From an uncultured Clostridia bacterium (lineage in GTDB: Bacteria; Bacillota; Clostridia; Oscillospirales; Ruminococcaceae), in contig CAMWVP010000001.1 of NCBI GenBank assembly GCA_947177735.1, positions 1,761 to 65,760 of the forward strand: a stretch of 64,000 nt of DNA, in the 5' to 3' direction. The notes under the pieces are model-generated. The model saw nothing but the letters and a program-made list of their open reading frames with translations, made no database searches and had not been told where the DNA came from. Made by a program: the position numbers and the translations under genes. How positions within the stretch are numbered: the first letter of the stretch is position 1; every line of letters begins with the position of its first letter. Below, one piece after another: positions 55,187-64,000 of this stretch.

Positions 55187-55732
55187 TTACTTCTTGCCCT
55201 TGCCGGCTTTACCTTCCTTGCGGCGGATAACCTCATCGGCATACTTGATGCCCTTGCCCTTATAAGGCTCGGGGGGACGCTTACCTCTGATCTCGGAAGC
55301 CTTCTGACCGACCTTCTGCTTGTCGATACCCGTTACAACGATCTTGTTGGGAGCGGGAACCTCGAGCTTGATATCGTCGGTATCCTCGACCTCTACCTTA
55401 TGAGAGAAACCGAGGTTCATAATAACCTTCTTGCCCTGCTTCTCACATCTGAAGCCGACGCCGTTTATCTCCAGCTCCTTCTTGAAGCCCTCGGTAACGC
55501 CTACGACCATATTATGGATAAGCGTTCTCGTAAGACCGTGGAGCGACTTGGAGAGGTTCTCGTCGTCGGGGCGGGTAACGATGATCTCCGCGCCCTCGTG
55601 AGATATCTGCATAAGGTGATTGAATTCCTTAGTGATTGTGCCCTTAGGACCTTTTACTGTTACGACCGATCCGTCGATTTTTACATCGACGCCTGCAGGA
55701 ACAGTAACAGGCATTTTACCAATTCTTGACAT
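55187..55732 (-). CDS. rplF: 50S ribosomal protein L6
   Basis: MSRIGKMP; [12 protein letters not shown]. Confidence 0.98.
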   Translation of the reverse strand: MSRIGKMPVTVPAGVDVKIDGSVVTVKGPKGTITKEFNHLMQISHEGAEIIVTRPDDENLSKSLHGLTRTLIHNMVVGVTEGFKKELEINGVGFRCEKQGKKVIMNLGFSHKVEVEDTDDIKLEVPAPNKIVVTGIDKQKVGQKASEIRGKRPPEPYKGKGIKYADEVIRRKEGKAGKGKK

Positions 55733-55748
55733 ATTACTATTCCTCCTA

Positions 55749-56147
55749 TTACCATACGAACGCAAGAACTTCGCCGCCGACGTTCATCTCGCGAGCCTTC
55801 TTGTCGGTCATGATGCCCTTGGAAGTGGATACGATCGCAATTCCGAGACCCTTCATTACCTTCGGCATATCCTTGCAGTTTGAGTAAATTCTAAGACCGG
55901 GTTTAGATACGCGGCGCAGACCGGTAATAACCTGTGCTCTGCTGTCGGTATACTTGAGTGTTACTCTGATAACGCCCTGCTTGCTGTCATCAATGACCTT
56001 GAACGCCTTGATGTAGCCCTCGTCAAGCAGTATCTGCGCGATCTGCTTTTTGAGGTTGGAAGCGGGAATGTCAACAGTGGGGTGCTTTGCGGAGTTCGCG
56101 TTACGAATTCTTGTCAGCATATCCGCAATAGTATCAGTGATCTGCAT
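55749..56147 (-). CDS. rpsH: 30S ribosomal protein S8
   Basis: [13 protein letters not shown]; SKPGLRIY; GGEVLAFVW. Confidence 0.98.
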   Translation of the reverse strand: MQITDTIADMLTRIRNANSAKHPTVDIPASNLKKQIAQILLDEGYIKAFKVIDDSKQGVIRVTLKYTDSRAQVITGLRRVSKPGLRIYSNCKDMPKVMKGLGIAIVSTSKGIMTDKKAREMNVGGEVLAFVW

Positions 56148-56275
56148 TCATTTACCTCCTAAATATAAGCCGTTACGAACGCCATTTCGTCCGTCGTGCT
56201 CACATAATCGTTCAATAATTCGAGCTATTGTAAATACCCGCCCGACGAGGTAATGCTCCGTTTTGCGGATTGCTT

Positions 56276-56461
56276 TTACCAAGAAGCTTTCTTTACACCG
56301 GGGATCTGTCCCTTGTAAGCAAGCTCTCTGAAGCAGATTCTGCAAATGCCGAACTTACGCAGATAAGCGTGAGGTCTGCCACAGATCTTGCATCTGTTGT
56401 AAGAACGTGTGGAGAACTTCGGAGCTCTCTGCTGCTTAGCTTTCAATGACTTCTTTGCCAT
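56276..56461 (-). CDS. rpsZ: 30S ribosomal protein S14 type Z (zinc-binding)
   Basis: [24 protein letters not shown]. Confidence 0.97.
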   Translation of the reverse strand: MAKKSLKAKQQRAPKFSTRSYNRCKICGRPHAYLRKFGICRICFRELAYKGQIPGVKKASW

Positions 56462-56478
56462 CGGTTATCCTCCGTTCT

Positions 56479-57021
56479 TTATTGTTTCTCGAAGGGAGCA
56501 CCCATAAGACTGAGCAGCTCTCTTGCCTCTTCATCGGTCTTTGCGGTGGTGATAAAGTTGATATCCATACCGCGAACCGCGTCGATCTTATCATATTCGA
56601 TCTCGGGGAAGATCAACTGCTCTTTCAGACCGAACGAGTAGTTGCCGCGTCCGTCGAAGGAGTTGGGGTTGATACCTCTGAAGTCGCGCACACGGGGGAG
56701 CGCAACATTGAAGAGCCTGTCGAGGAACTCGTACATGATCTCTCCGCGCAGTGTTACCTTAACGCCGATTATCTGACCCTCTCTGAGCTTGAAGTTCGCA
56801 ACGGACTTCTTAGAGCGGCAGGCAACGGGCTTCTGACCCGTGATCGTGCCGAGCTCCGCCATTACGTTCTCAATGATCTTCGCGTTTTCCTTAGCCTCGC
56901 CGCAGCCTACGTTTACTACGATCTTATCGATCTTCGGCGTCTGCATAACAGACTTGTAGCCAAACTTCTTGAACAGCGCGGGCGCTACGGTTTCCTTGTA
57001 GAAATCCTTCATTCTCGCCAT
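56479..57021 (-). CDS. rplE: 50S ribosomal protein L5
   Basis: [11 protein letters not shown]; [10 protein letters not shown]; FDGRGNY. Confidence 0.98.
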   Translation of the reverse strand: MARMKDFYKETVAPALFKKFGYKSVMQTPKIDKIVVNVGCGEAKENAKIIENVMAELGTITGQKPVACRSKKSVANFKLREGQIIGVKVTLRGEIMYEFLDRLFNVALPRVRDFRGINPNSFDGRGNYSFGLKEQLIFPEIEYDKIDAVRGMDINFITTAKTDEEARELLSLMGAPFEKQ

Positions 57022-57124
57022 TGTAATATTCTCCTATCTGCCGGATTTTAGCAACGGAAGAACCTGCGAATAAATTCGCCGTTATCATTCCGTGCTGCTT
57101 GTACCCGACACGTCGTTTAGTTGA

Positions 57125-57463
57125 TCAGTATTTGAGCTCTGCGCCGCAGTGCTTGCAAACTCTGATTTTCTTTCCGTCCTCTATCTTGTGACCAACTCTG
57201 GTGGGCTTGCTGCACTTCGGGCAGACGGGCATTACCTTGCAAGCGTAGATCGGGCTCTCAGCCTGAACTCTGCCGCCGAGCTGACCCTGCTGACGGGGCT
57301 TTACGTGCTTGGTCACCATGTTGATACCCTCAACGATGACCTTACCCTCCTTGGGAGAAACGGTAAGAACCTTGCCGGTCTTGCCTCTGTCGCCGCCCTT
57401 TGCGGGCTTGTCGCCCGTCATCAGCATTACGGTGTCACCAACTTTAACATGAAGCTTATTCAT
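57125..57463 (-). CDS. rplX: 50S ribosomal protein L24
   Basis: HVKVGDTV; VIVEGINMVTKHVKP. Confidence 0.97.
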   Translation of the reverse strand: MNKLHVKVGDTVMLMTGDKPAKGGDRGKTGKVLTVSPKEGKVIVEGINMVTKHVKPRQQGQLGGRVQAESPIYACKVMPVCPKCSKPTRVGHKIEDGKKIRVCKHCGAELKY

Positions 57464-57476
57464 CAGTACACCTCCA

Positions 57477-57845
57477 TTACAGTACTTCGGGAGCGAGCGA
57501 CAGGATCTTCATAAAGTCCTTGTCTCTGAGCTCTCTGGCAACCGGCCCAAAAATACGAGTACCTCTCGGATTTTTGTCCTCCTTAATGATAACCGCCGCG
57601 TTTTCGTCAAAGCGGATATATGTGCCATCGTCGCGTCTCAGACCCTTAGCCGAGCGAACGACAACGCACTTTACAACGTCGCCCTTTTTAACAACGCCGC
57701 CGGGTGTAGCTTTTTTAACCGAAGCAACGATAACGTCGCCGATATTTGCGTATCTTCTGCGGGTACCGCCCAGCACTCTGATACACATAAGCTCCTTGGC
57801 GCCGGTGTTGTCGGCGACTTTAAGCAATGTCTGCATCTGTATCAT
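57477..57845 (-). CDS. rplN: 50S ribosomal protein L14
   Basis: MIQMQT...ADNTGAK; [12 protein letters not shown]. Confidence 0.98.
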   Translation of the reverse strand: MIQMQTLLKVADNTGAKELMCIRVLGGTRRRYANIGDVIVASVKKATPGGVVKKGDVVKCVVVRSAKGLRRDDGTYIRFDENAAVIIKEDKNPRGTRIFGPVARELRDKDFMKILSLAPEVL

Positions 57846-57898
57846 GGCATTACTTCTCCTTTCATAGAATAACTGAATTAAACCGCTGTAAACCGCTC

Positions 57899-58153
57899 TT
57901 ACTTAGCGCGCTCGATCACGTTTACAAGGCGCCATCTCTTGTCCTTGGAAAGCGGACGAGTCTCCATGATCTCAACTCTGTCGCCGATATTGCAGGTGTT
58001 CTGCTCGTCGTGAGCCTTGAGCTTAATGGTGCGCTTTACGATCTTCTTATAAAGAGGATGACGAACATTATCCTCGATGGCAACGACGATCGTCTTGTCC
58101 ATCTTGTTGCTGACTACTCTGCCGATCCTTGTCTTTCTTAAAGCTCTTTCCAT
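57899..58153 (-). CDS. rpsQ: 30S ribosomal protein S17
   Basis: [11 protein letters not shown]; [11 protein letters not shown]. Confidence 0.98.
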   Translation of the reverse strand: MERALRKTRIGRVVSNKMDKTIVVAIEDNVRHPLYKKIVKRTIKLKAHDEQNTCNIGDRVEIMETRPLSKDKRWRLVNVIERAK

Positions 58154-58175
58154 GTTTAGTTCTTATCCTCCTTCC

Positions 58176-58376
58176 TTAATTCTGTGCCGTAAGCTCGCGC
58201 TCGCGCTGTATCGTCTTGATGCGGGCGATGTCCTTCTTGACAGCCTTAATTCTGGTAGGGTTGTCAAGCTGATTTACGGCAAGCTGGAAGCGAAGATTAA
58301 AGAGCTCAGCTTTGAGTTCGGCGAGCTTAGTTTCAAGCTCTGTTTCCGAGAGATATTTGATTTCCGAAGCCTTCAT
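58176..58376 (-). CDS. rpmC: 50S ribosomal protein L29
   Basis: ELFNLRFQ; KKDIARIKT. Confidence 0.97.
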   Translation of the reverse strand: MKASEIKYLSETELETKLAELKAELFNLRFQLAVNQLDNPTRIKAVKKDIARIKTIQRERELTAQN

Positions 58377-58795
58377 TAAAGCTCACCTTCTTCCTTCTTG
58401 ACAAACTTGCACTTGATAGGCAGTTTATGCATTGCGAGACGCATTGCCTCTCTTGCGGTCTCCTCGGATACGCCTGCTATCTCAAACATAACGCGTCCGG
58501 GCTTAACTACAGCTACCCAATACTCGGGAGAACCTTTTCCCGAACCCATACGAGTGCCGAGCGGCTTTGTCGTAACGGGCTTATCGGGGAATATCTTGAT
58601 CCATACCTGACCGCCACGCTTGATGTAACGGGTCATGGCGATACGAGCCGCCTCGATCTGGTTGGACTTTATCCATGCAGCCTCGAGTGCCTGCAAGCCG
58701 AACTGTCCGTTGGAAACGGTGTTGCCTCTTGTAGCAACGCCCTTGCGGCGGCCTCTCTGCACTCTTCTGTACTTTACTCTCTTAGGAAGCAGCAT
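58376..58795 (-). CDS. rplP: 50S ribosomal protein L16
   Basis: [16 protein letters not shown]; RMGSGKG. Confidence 0.98.
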   Translation of the reverse strand: MLLPKRVKYRRVQRGRRKGVATRGNTVSNGQFGLQALEAAWIKSNQIEAARIAMTRYIKRGGQVWIKIFPDKPVTTKPLGTRMGSGKGSPEYWVAVVKPGRVMFEIAGVSEETAREAMRLAMHKLPIKCKFVKKEEGEL

Positions 58796-59604
58796 TATTC
58801 GTTACCTCCTTCTGTTTTTTTAGCTTCTCTGGGTCTGCGGGGGCGGCGATCGTCGCGGCCTCTGCCGTTGCCTCTGTCATTGCGGCGTCTGTCGGGGCGC
58901 TCGGGTCTGTTTGCGGGAATCTCGCCCTTGAGCACTTCGCCGTTGTATATCCATACCTTTACGCCGATAACGCCGTAAGTGGTATTCGCTCTTGCCACAC
59001 CGTAGTCGATGTCGGCACGGAGCGTCTGAAGCGGGATGGTACCCTCGTGATAGCTTTCGGAACGCGCGATCTCGGCGCCGCCGAGACGTCCGCTTACCAT
59101 AGTCTTGATACCCTTAGCGCCGCTCTTCATCGTTCTGCCGATGACCTGCTTCATAGCGCGTCTGAACGAAACACGTCCCTCGAGCTGCATTGCGATGTTG
59201 TCCGCAACGAGCTGAGCGTTCAGATCGGGATTCTTTATCTCTACGATATCGAGGGAAACGCTCTTTCCGCCTACGATCTTCTCAATCTCAGCACGGAGCT
59301 TCTCGATCTCTGCGCCCTTTACGCCGATAAGCATACCGGGCTTTGCCGCGTGGATATAAACCTTGATCTTATCGGCGCCCGTGCGCTCGATCTCGACCTT
59401 GGCAATTCCGACAGCTCTGGAGAGCTGCTGCGCGGTCTTTTCTCCGTTAGCCTTGTTGAACATTCTCTTGTTCATCAGGTAATCACGGATGTTATAGTCC
59501 TCAACAAGTGTATCACCGAAGGTTGCTTTGCCCGCGAACCAGCGAGAATCCCAATCCTTGATTACACCCACTCTGAGACCGTGTGGATTAACCTTCTGTC
59601 CCAT
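58795..59604 (-). CDS. rpsC: 30S ribosomal protein S3
   Basis: [11 protein letters not shown]; [13 protein letters not shown]; carries an extra ~14-aa segment. Confidence 0.97.
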   Translation of the reverse strand: MGQKVNPHGLRVGVIKDWDSRWFAGKATFGDTLVEDYNIRDYLMNKRMFNKANGEKTAQQLSRAVGIAKVEIERTGADKIKVYIHAAKPGMLIGVKGAEIEKLRAEIEKIVGGKSVSLDIVEIKNPDLNAQLVADNIAMQLEGRVSFRRAMKQVIGRTMKSGAKGIKTMVSGRLGGAEIARSESYHEGTIPLQTLRADIDYGVARANTTYGVIGVKVWIYNGEVLKGEIPANRPERPDRRRNDRGNGRGRDDRRPRRPREAKKTEGGNE

Positions 59605-59618
59605 TGTAATTCTCCTCC

Positions 59619-59954
59619 TTATTCAGCTTCTTTAACAACCAGCGTGATGTTGGACGTTCTCTTCAAAATTCTGTGAGCACGGCCGTGATCCTTAGCTCTG
59701 ATGCGCTTGAGCGTAATGCCGGGGCCAACGTGAGCTTCCGAAACATACAATCTGGAGGTATCCATATTGTGGTTGTTCTCCGCGTTGGCAACAGCGCTCT
59801 TCAGCAGCTTAGCAAGCGGCTCGCTTGCGGACTTGGGCGTGTTGTTGAGTATCGCCATAGCGACCTCCACAGGCTTGTTTCTGATAAGATCGAGCACTAT
59901 GCCGACCTTTCTCGGAGAAATACGAACCTGCGTCAGAATGGCTTTAGCTTCCAT
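59619..59954 (-). CDS. rplV: 50S ribosomal protein L22
   Basis: VRISPRKV; SAVANAENN. Confidence 0.98.
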   Translation of the reverse strand: MEAKAILTQVRISPRKVGIVLDLIRNKPVEVAMAILNNTPKSASEPLAKLLKSAVANAENNHNMDTSRLYVSEAHVGPGITLKRIRAKDHGRAHRILKRTSNITLVVKEAE

Positions 59955-59966
59955 ATTTCCTCCTCC

Positions 59967-60245
59967 TTACTTCTTGCCTGTGGTCTTGCTTCCCGCGTGA
60001 CCCTTATAGGTTCTCGTGGGAGCGAACTCGCCGAGCTTGTGTCCTACCATATCCTCGGTAACATATACCGGAACGTGCTTTCTGCCGTCGTGTACGGCAA
60101 ACGTATGACCTACGAAATCGGGGAAAATCGTCGAAGCGCGGCTCCAAGTCTTGAGAACCTTCTTCTCACCCTTTTCGTTCATGTCAAGAACTCTCTTCAT
60201 CAGAGCCTCTTGCACGAAAGGTCCCTTCTTAATGCTTCTTCCCAT
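59967..60245 (-). CDS. rpsS: 30S ribosomal protein S19
   Basis: RSIKKGPFV; [10 protein letters not shown]. Confidence 0.98.
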   Translation of the reverse strand: MGRSIKKGPFVQEALMKRVLDMNEKGEKKVLKTWSRASTIFPDFVGHTFAVHDGRKHVPVYVTEDMVGHKLGEFAPTRTYKGHAGSKTTGKK

Positions 60246-60394
60246 TGTAAAAATTCCTTTCAGTTGAGCTGCAAGTTAATGAGCAGCGAAAAGCGTTTTT
60301 ACGCGCTTGGCGGAGTGTCTGCGGGAACTTCTGCCCCCGCGCTCCAAATGCGCAACGCCGTTCTTATTAACAGCAACCGCAGAATAATTGTTGA

Positions 60395-61228
60395 TTATTT
60401 ACCGTTTCTTCTCTTAACGATGAACTTATCGGACGCCTTCTTCTTGGAACGCGTCTTGTAACCCAGAGCAGGCTTGCCCCACGGAGTAACGGGACCGGGA
60501 CGTCCAACGGGGGACTTACCCTCACCACCGCCGTGCGGGTGGTCGTTCGGGTTCATAACGGAACCGCGGACGGTAGGTCTGATACCGAGGTGACGGGTCT
60601 TACCTGCCTTACCTCTGTTTACGTTCTCGTGATCGAGATTGGAGACCGTTCCGATAGACGCATAGCAGTTTACGGAAACGTTTCTCAGCTCTCCGGACGG
60701 CAGACGGAGCAGCGCGTAGCCGTTCTCCTTAGCCATCAGCTGAGCCATATTGCCCGCCGAGCGAACCAGCTGTCCGCCCTTGCCGGGATAAAGCTCGATA
60801 TTGTGAATAACGGTACCAACGGGGATATCCGCGAGCGCCAGCGCGTTGCCGGGCTTGATATCCGCGTCCGAACCCGCGCGAACGGTATCGCCTACCTTCA
60901 GACCGTCGGGAGCGAGGATATATCTCTTCTCGCCGTCCTCGTACTGAACCAGAGCGATAAACGCGCTTCTGTTGGGATCGTACTCAAGAGTATTAACAGT
61001 AGCGTTCATGCCTCTCTTGTTTCTCTTGAAGTCGATAACGCGGTACTTCTTTCTGTTGCCGCCGCCAATGTGTCTAACGGTGATACGACCGTAGCTGTTT
61101 CTGCCGGCAGTCTTTTTAATGGGCTCCAGAAGGCTTTTTTCGGGAGCTACCTTTGATAACCCGCTGTAATCCGTAACGGTCATGCCGCGGCGGCTGTTAT
61201 TGACGGGCTTGTATGCCTTAATAGCCAT
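60395..61228 (-). CDS. rplB: 50S ribosomal protein L2
   Basis: EYDPNRSA; [13 protein letters not shown]. Confidence 0.98.
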   Translation of the reverse strand: MAIKAYKPVNNSRRGMTVTDYSGLSKVAPEKSLLEPIKKTAGRNSYGRITVRHIGGGNRKKYRVIDFKRNKRGMNATVNTLEYDPNRSAFIALVQYEDGEKRYILAPDGLKVGDTVRAGSDADIKPGNALALADIPVGTVIHNIELYPGKGGQLVRSAGNMAQLMAKENGYALLRLPSGELRNVSVNCYASIGTVSNLDHENVNRGKAGKTRHLGIRPTVRGSVMNPNDHPHGGGEGKSPVGRPGPVTPWGKPALGYKTRSKKKASDKFIVKRRNGK

Positions 61229-61245
61229 AAAGTCTCACTCCTTAC

Positions 61246-61545
61246 TTAAATCATTCCATCGAAGAACTCAATGGTCTTAGAGCCTTCCTTAAGGGTCACG
61301 ATAGCCTTCTTCCAATCGGAAGTATAGCCCTCGCTTCTGCCCATTCTCTTCTTTCTTCCACGAACGCTCACGGTGTTTACCTTAGCGACCTGAACGCCCT
61401 TGAACAGCTTCTCGATCGCCTTTGCGATCTCGATCTTGTTAGCGGATTTTGCTACCTTAAAGGTGTACTTGCCCTGAGCGAGGCAGTCCATAGAATGCTC
61501 GGTGATAATGGGCTTGATGATGATGTCCTGTGCAACCTTTTCCAT
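61246..61545 (-). CDS. rplW: 50S ribosomal protein L23
   Basis: IIKPIITE; WKKAIVTL. Confidence 0.97.
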   Translation of the reverse strand: MEKVAQDIIIKPIITEHSMDCLAQGKYTFKVAKSANKIEIAKAIEKLFKGVQVAKVNTVSVRGRKKRMGRSEGYTSDWKKAIVTLKEGSKTIEFFDGMI

Positions 61546-62168
61546 TATGCGTACACCTCCTCAAGCTTCTCAACAGCGCCCTTTACGATAACGAACTTGT
61601 TGCAGTTGAGTATATCGTATACGTTGAGCGTGTTTACCTGTGTGGTCTTTACGTCCTCGATGTTGTTCGCGGACTTGATGACCTTCTTGTCTGCGGAATC
61701 AAGAACGATGAGCGTCTTTGTATCCGCGCCGATAGCCTTGAGCATATTGACCATGGTCTTGGTCTTGAACTCGTCGGTCGTGATAGCGTCAACAACGATC
61801 ATCTCGTTCTCGAGAACCTTGCTAGACAGCGCCGACTTGATAGCGAGCTGTCTTACCTTCTTATTCAGAGAAAATCTGTAAGAACGGGGCTTCGGACCGA
61901 GCGCGATACCGCCGTGTCTCCACTGCGGAGCTCTTGTCGAACCCTGTCTTGCGTGACCTGTGCCCTTCTGACGCCACGGCTTCTTGCCGCCGCCTCTTAC
62001 CTCTGTTCTGGTAAGAGTGGACTGTGTGCCCTGACGCTGATTTGCGAGATAGTTTACAACTGCGGAATGCATTGCGGTCTTATTCGGCTCGATGCCGAAA
62101 ACCGCGTCGTTAAGCTCAAGCTCGGAAACGACTTTACCCGCCATATCAACTACATTTATCTTTGACAT
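61545..62168 (-). CDS. rplD: 50S ribosomal protein L4
   Basis: KPWRQKGTGHARQGS; GPKPR. Confidence 0.98.
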   Translation of the reverse strand: MSKINVVDMAGKVVSELELNDAVFGIEPNKTAMHSAVVNYLANQRQGTQSTLTRTEVRGGGKKPWRQKGTGHARQGSTRAPQWRHGGIALGPKPRSYRFSLNKKVRQLAIKSALSSKVLENEMIVVDAITTDEFKTKTMVNMLKAIGADTKTLIVLDSADKKVIKSANNIEDVKTTQVNTLNVYDILNCNKFVIVKGAVEKLEEVYA

Positions 62169-62185
62169 AGTATCGTCCTCCCCTC

Positions 62186-62818
62186 TTATGCTTTAACTGC
62201 GTCGCAGATCGTTACAACGCCGCCCTTGGGACCGGGAACAGCGCCCTTTACCGCGATAAGGTTGTTCTCAACGTCGACCTTAACAACGACAAGGTTCTGT
62301 ACCGTTACATTCTCCGAGCCCAGGTGACCTGCCATCTTCTTGCCCTTGAAAATTCTCGACGGGCTGGAGCAAGCGCCCATAGAGCCCGCTTCTCTCGCAA
62401 CGGGACCCGTACCGTGAGATTCTCTCAGTCTGTGCTGATTGTGACGCTTGATAGCGCCCGCGTAGCCCTTACCCTTGGACACGCCGGCAACGTCGATAAC
62501 GTCGCCCTCCGCGAATACGTCTGCCTTGATGATATCGCCGGTGTTGAAACCGCTGATGTCGTCAAAACGGAACTCCTTAAGGGTCTTCTTGAACGCCACG
62601 TCATTCTTCTTGAAATGACCCTGCTCGGGCTTGTTCACGTGCTTGGCGGAAACGTCGCCAAAGCCCATCTGAACCGCCTCGTAGCCGTCGTTTTCGGCCG
62701 TCTTCTTCTGAACGACCACGCAGGGACCCGCCTCGATAACGGTTACGGGAACGACCTTGCCTGCTTCGTCGAAGATCTGCGTCATACCGATCTTCTTGCC
62801 GATGATAGCTTTTTTCAT
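62186..62818 (-). CDS. rplC: 50S ribosomal protein L3
   Basis: [10 protein letters not shown]; SKGKGYAG; KMAGHLG. Confidence 0.98.
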   Translation of the reverse strand: MKKAIIGKKIGMTQIFDEAGKVVPVTVIEAGPCVVVQKKTAENDGYEAVQMGFGDVSAKHVNKPEQGHFKKNDVAFKKTLKEFRFDDISGFNTGDIIKADVFAEGDVIDVAGVSKGKGYAGAIKRHNQHRLRESHGTGPVAREAGSMGACSSPSRIFKGKKMAGHLGSENVTVQNLVVVKVDVENNLIAVKGAVPGPKGGVVTICDAVKA

Positions 62819-62949
62819 TTCGGCTTTCCTCCTTTGGTTATTGGTTGAGTTTCCTCAACATGACCCGGCGCTCTTTGCGGCGCCCGGTTAGTGGTTGAAC
62901 GGCTTACTTCCGTGAGCGGAAAACGTTCAACATAACTCCAACGAATCTA

Positions 62950-63261
62950 TTAAATATCCATTGAAATTTCTACGCCTGCGGGCAGCTCCAGAGACTGGAG
63001 AGCCTCGATGGTCTTTTGAGACGGACGGATAACGTCGATAAGGCGCTTGTGAGTTCTCATCTCGAACTGCTCGCGGGAATCCTTATACTTGTGAACCGCT
63101 CTCAGGATAGTTACGACCTGCTTGTCGGTGGGCAGCGGAATGGGACCCGCAACTCTCGCGCCACTGCGCTTTGCAGCGTCAACGATCTTAGCTGCTGCCG
63201 CGTCTACCACGCTGTGCTCGTAACCCTTGACCTTGATCCTTACCTTTTCATTAGATGCCAT
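62950..63261 (-). CDS. rpsJ: 30S ribosomal protein S10
   Basis: GPIPLPT; [17 protein letters not shown]. Confidence 0.98.
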   Translation of the reverse strand: MASNEKVRIKVKGYEHSVVDAAAAKIVDAAKRSGARVAGPIPLPTDKQVVTILRAVHKYKDSREQFEMRTHKRLIDVIRPSQKTIEALQSLELPAGVEISMDI

Positions 63262-63650
63262 TGATTTTTCAACCTTTCTTCGTTAGTGTGCGGAGCAGTT
63301 TGCTTTCCCGCTCCCCGGCGGACGAGCAACTTGTCCGCGTTTGATTTCTGCCGCGCCCCTTGCGCAAGTCGGGCGGGCAAATTGCCGGCGAAGGCAGACG
63401 GGTCATTCTCAGACCCCTATTTGAAAAATCCACCGAGCCGTGTGTTCCATTTTTCGGTCGACACCTGTTAGTTATTCGAGTTCTCTCGGACACTTTAACG
63501 GTGCGGCGAAAACCGAACCCCGGCACGAAAACTTTTCGCCCGAATTCAATCCGGACATACTCCGTCGAAATTACCGCGAACGCTCTTCACGCCCGCGCAA
63601 CCTCCGACTTCATCGCCACGGCGGCTTACTTTTACAAGCCACCGCTAATT

Positions 63651-63679
63651 ATTTTAACACAAATCACTTCCATTTTCAA
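63651..63679 (-). promoter_or_regulatory. Sigma-A promoter of S10 operon
   Basis: TTGAAA-17bp-TAAAAT with extended TG on minus strand; implies a ~380-nt 5' leader. Confidence 0.65.
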
Positions 63680-64000
63680 CAGGTAAAGTAAAATATTATT
63701 CCAAATCCGCAGAGAATTTTCAAGCAATTTCCAGTTGATTTTTATGCATTTTGCACAATCTCGGGATATTTAGACATTTTTCGCACCCAAAACACATTAT
63801 GTAGGAGCGTTTTATTGTTCTCTATAATATACATTATAAATATAGCCCAACGGCTGCTCTGCCGCTCGCGGCGAACGGCGGTTCGACGAGTGCGCCCGAC
63901 GAGCCGCCGCGCTGTACATTTGGACTCACGGGCACGGCCAGATCGGCGGCGAGGAGAAGTCCACCGCACGCGTTTCGCTATTCGGCAAGAGAGCTTATAC

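Noticed and set aside
63840-64000. GC-rich stretch with GAGGAGAAGTCC resembling RNase P GAGGAAAGTCC
   Set aside because: Mismatch in the invariant core, no following GGGCTC, and truncated by the window edge; identity unresolved

Overview
Chromosomal segment of a spore-forming, moderately GC-rich Clostridia member (probably Oscillospiraceae/Ruminococcaceae-like; inferred from protein style and gene order). The right third (46.9-63.7 kb, minus strand) is the complete S10-spc-alpha ribosomal protein superoperon (rpsJ to rplQ, with secY, adk, map, infA, rpoA) and has several unusually long structured spacers. The left two-thirds mixes housekeeping and accessory genes. Housekeeping genes: partial mnmE, a short SecA paralogue, ychF, dprA, coaX plus an ECF S component, spoVAC/D/E, GH130, GH13 and a K+/H+ antiporter. 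Accessory material: (i) three tandem paralogues with a split zinc ribbon, hypervariable insert, TM hairpin and near-identical C-terminus; (ii) three tandem signal-less BspA-type LRR proteins; (iii) four small membrane paralogues sharing a RRYGISA.RY motif; (iv) two c-di-GMP phosphodiesterases and an orphan MCP; (v) a GNAT/deaminase cluster; (vi) an unannotated Fst-family type I toxin-antitoxin locus plus a decayed second copy; (vii) a SIR2-like gene. At least six copies of a ~165-bp non-autonomous MITE-like element are scattered through the intergenic DNA. It has nested terminal inverted repeats, target-site duplications at some copies and covarying internal hairpins. A second ~90-bp palindromic repeat family is also present. 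I found no rRNA, tRNA, CRISPR array or transposase. All calls come from reading motifs by eye; no database searches were run.
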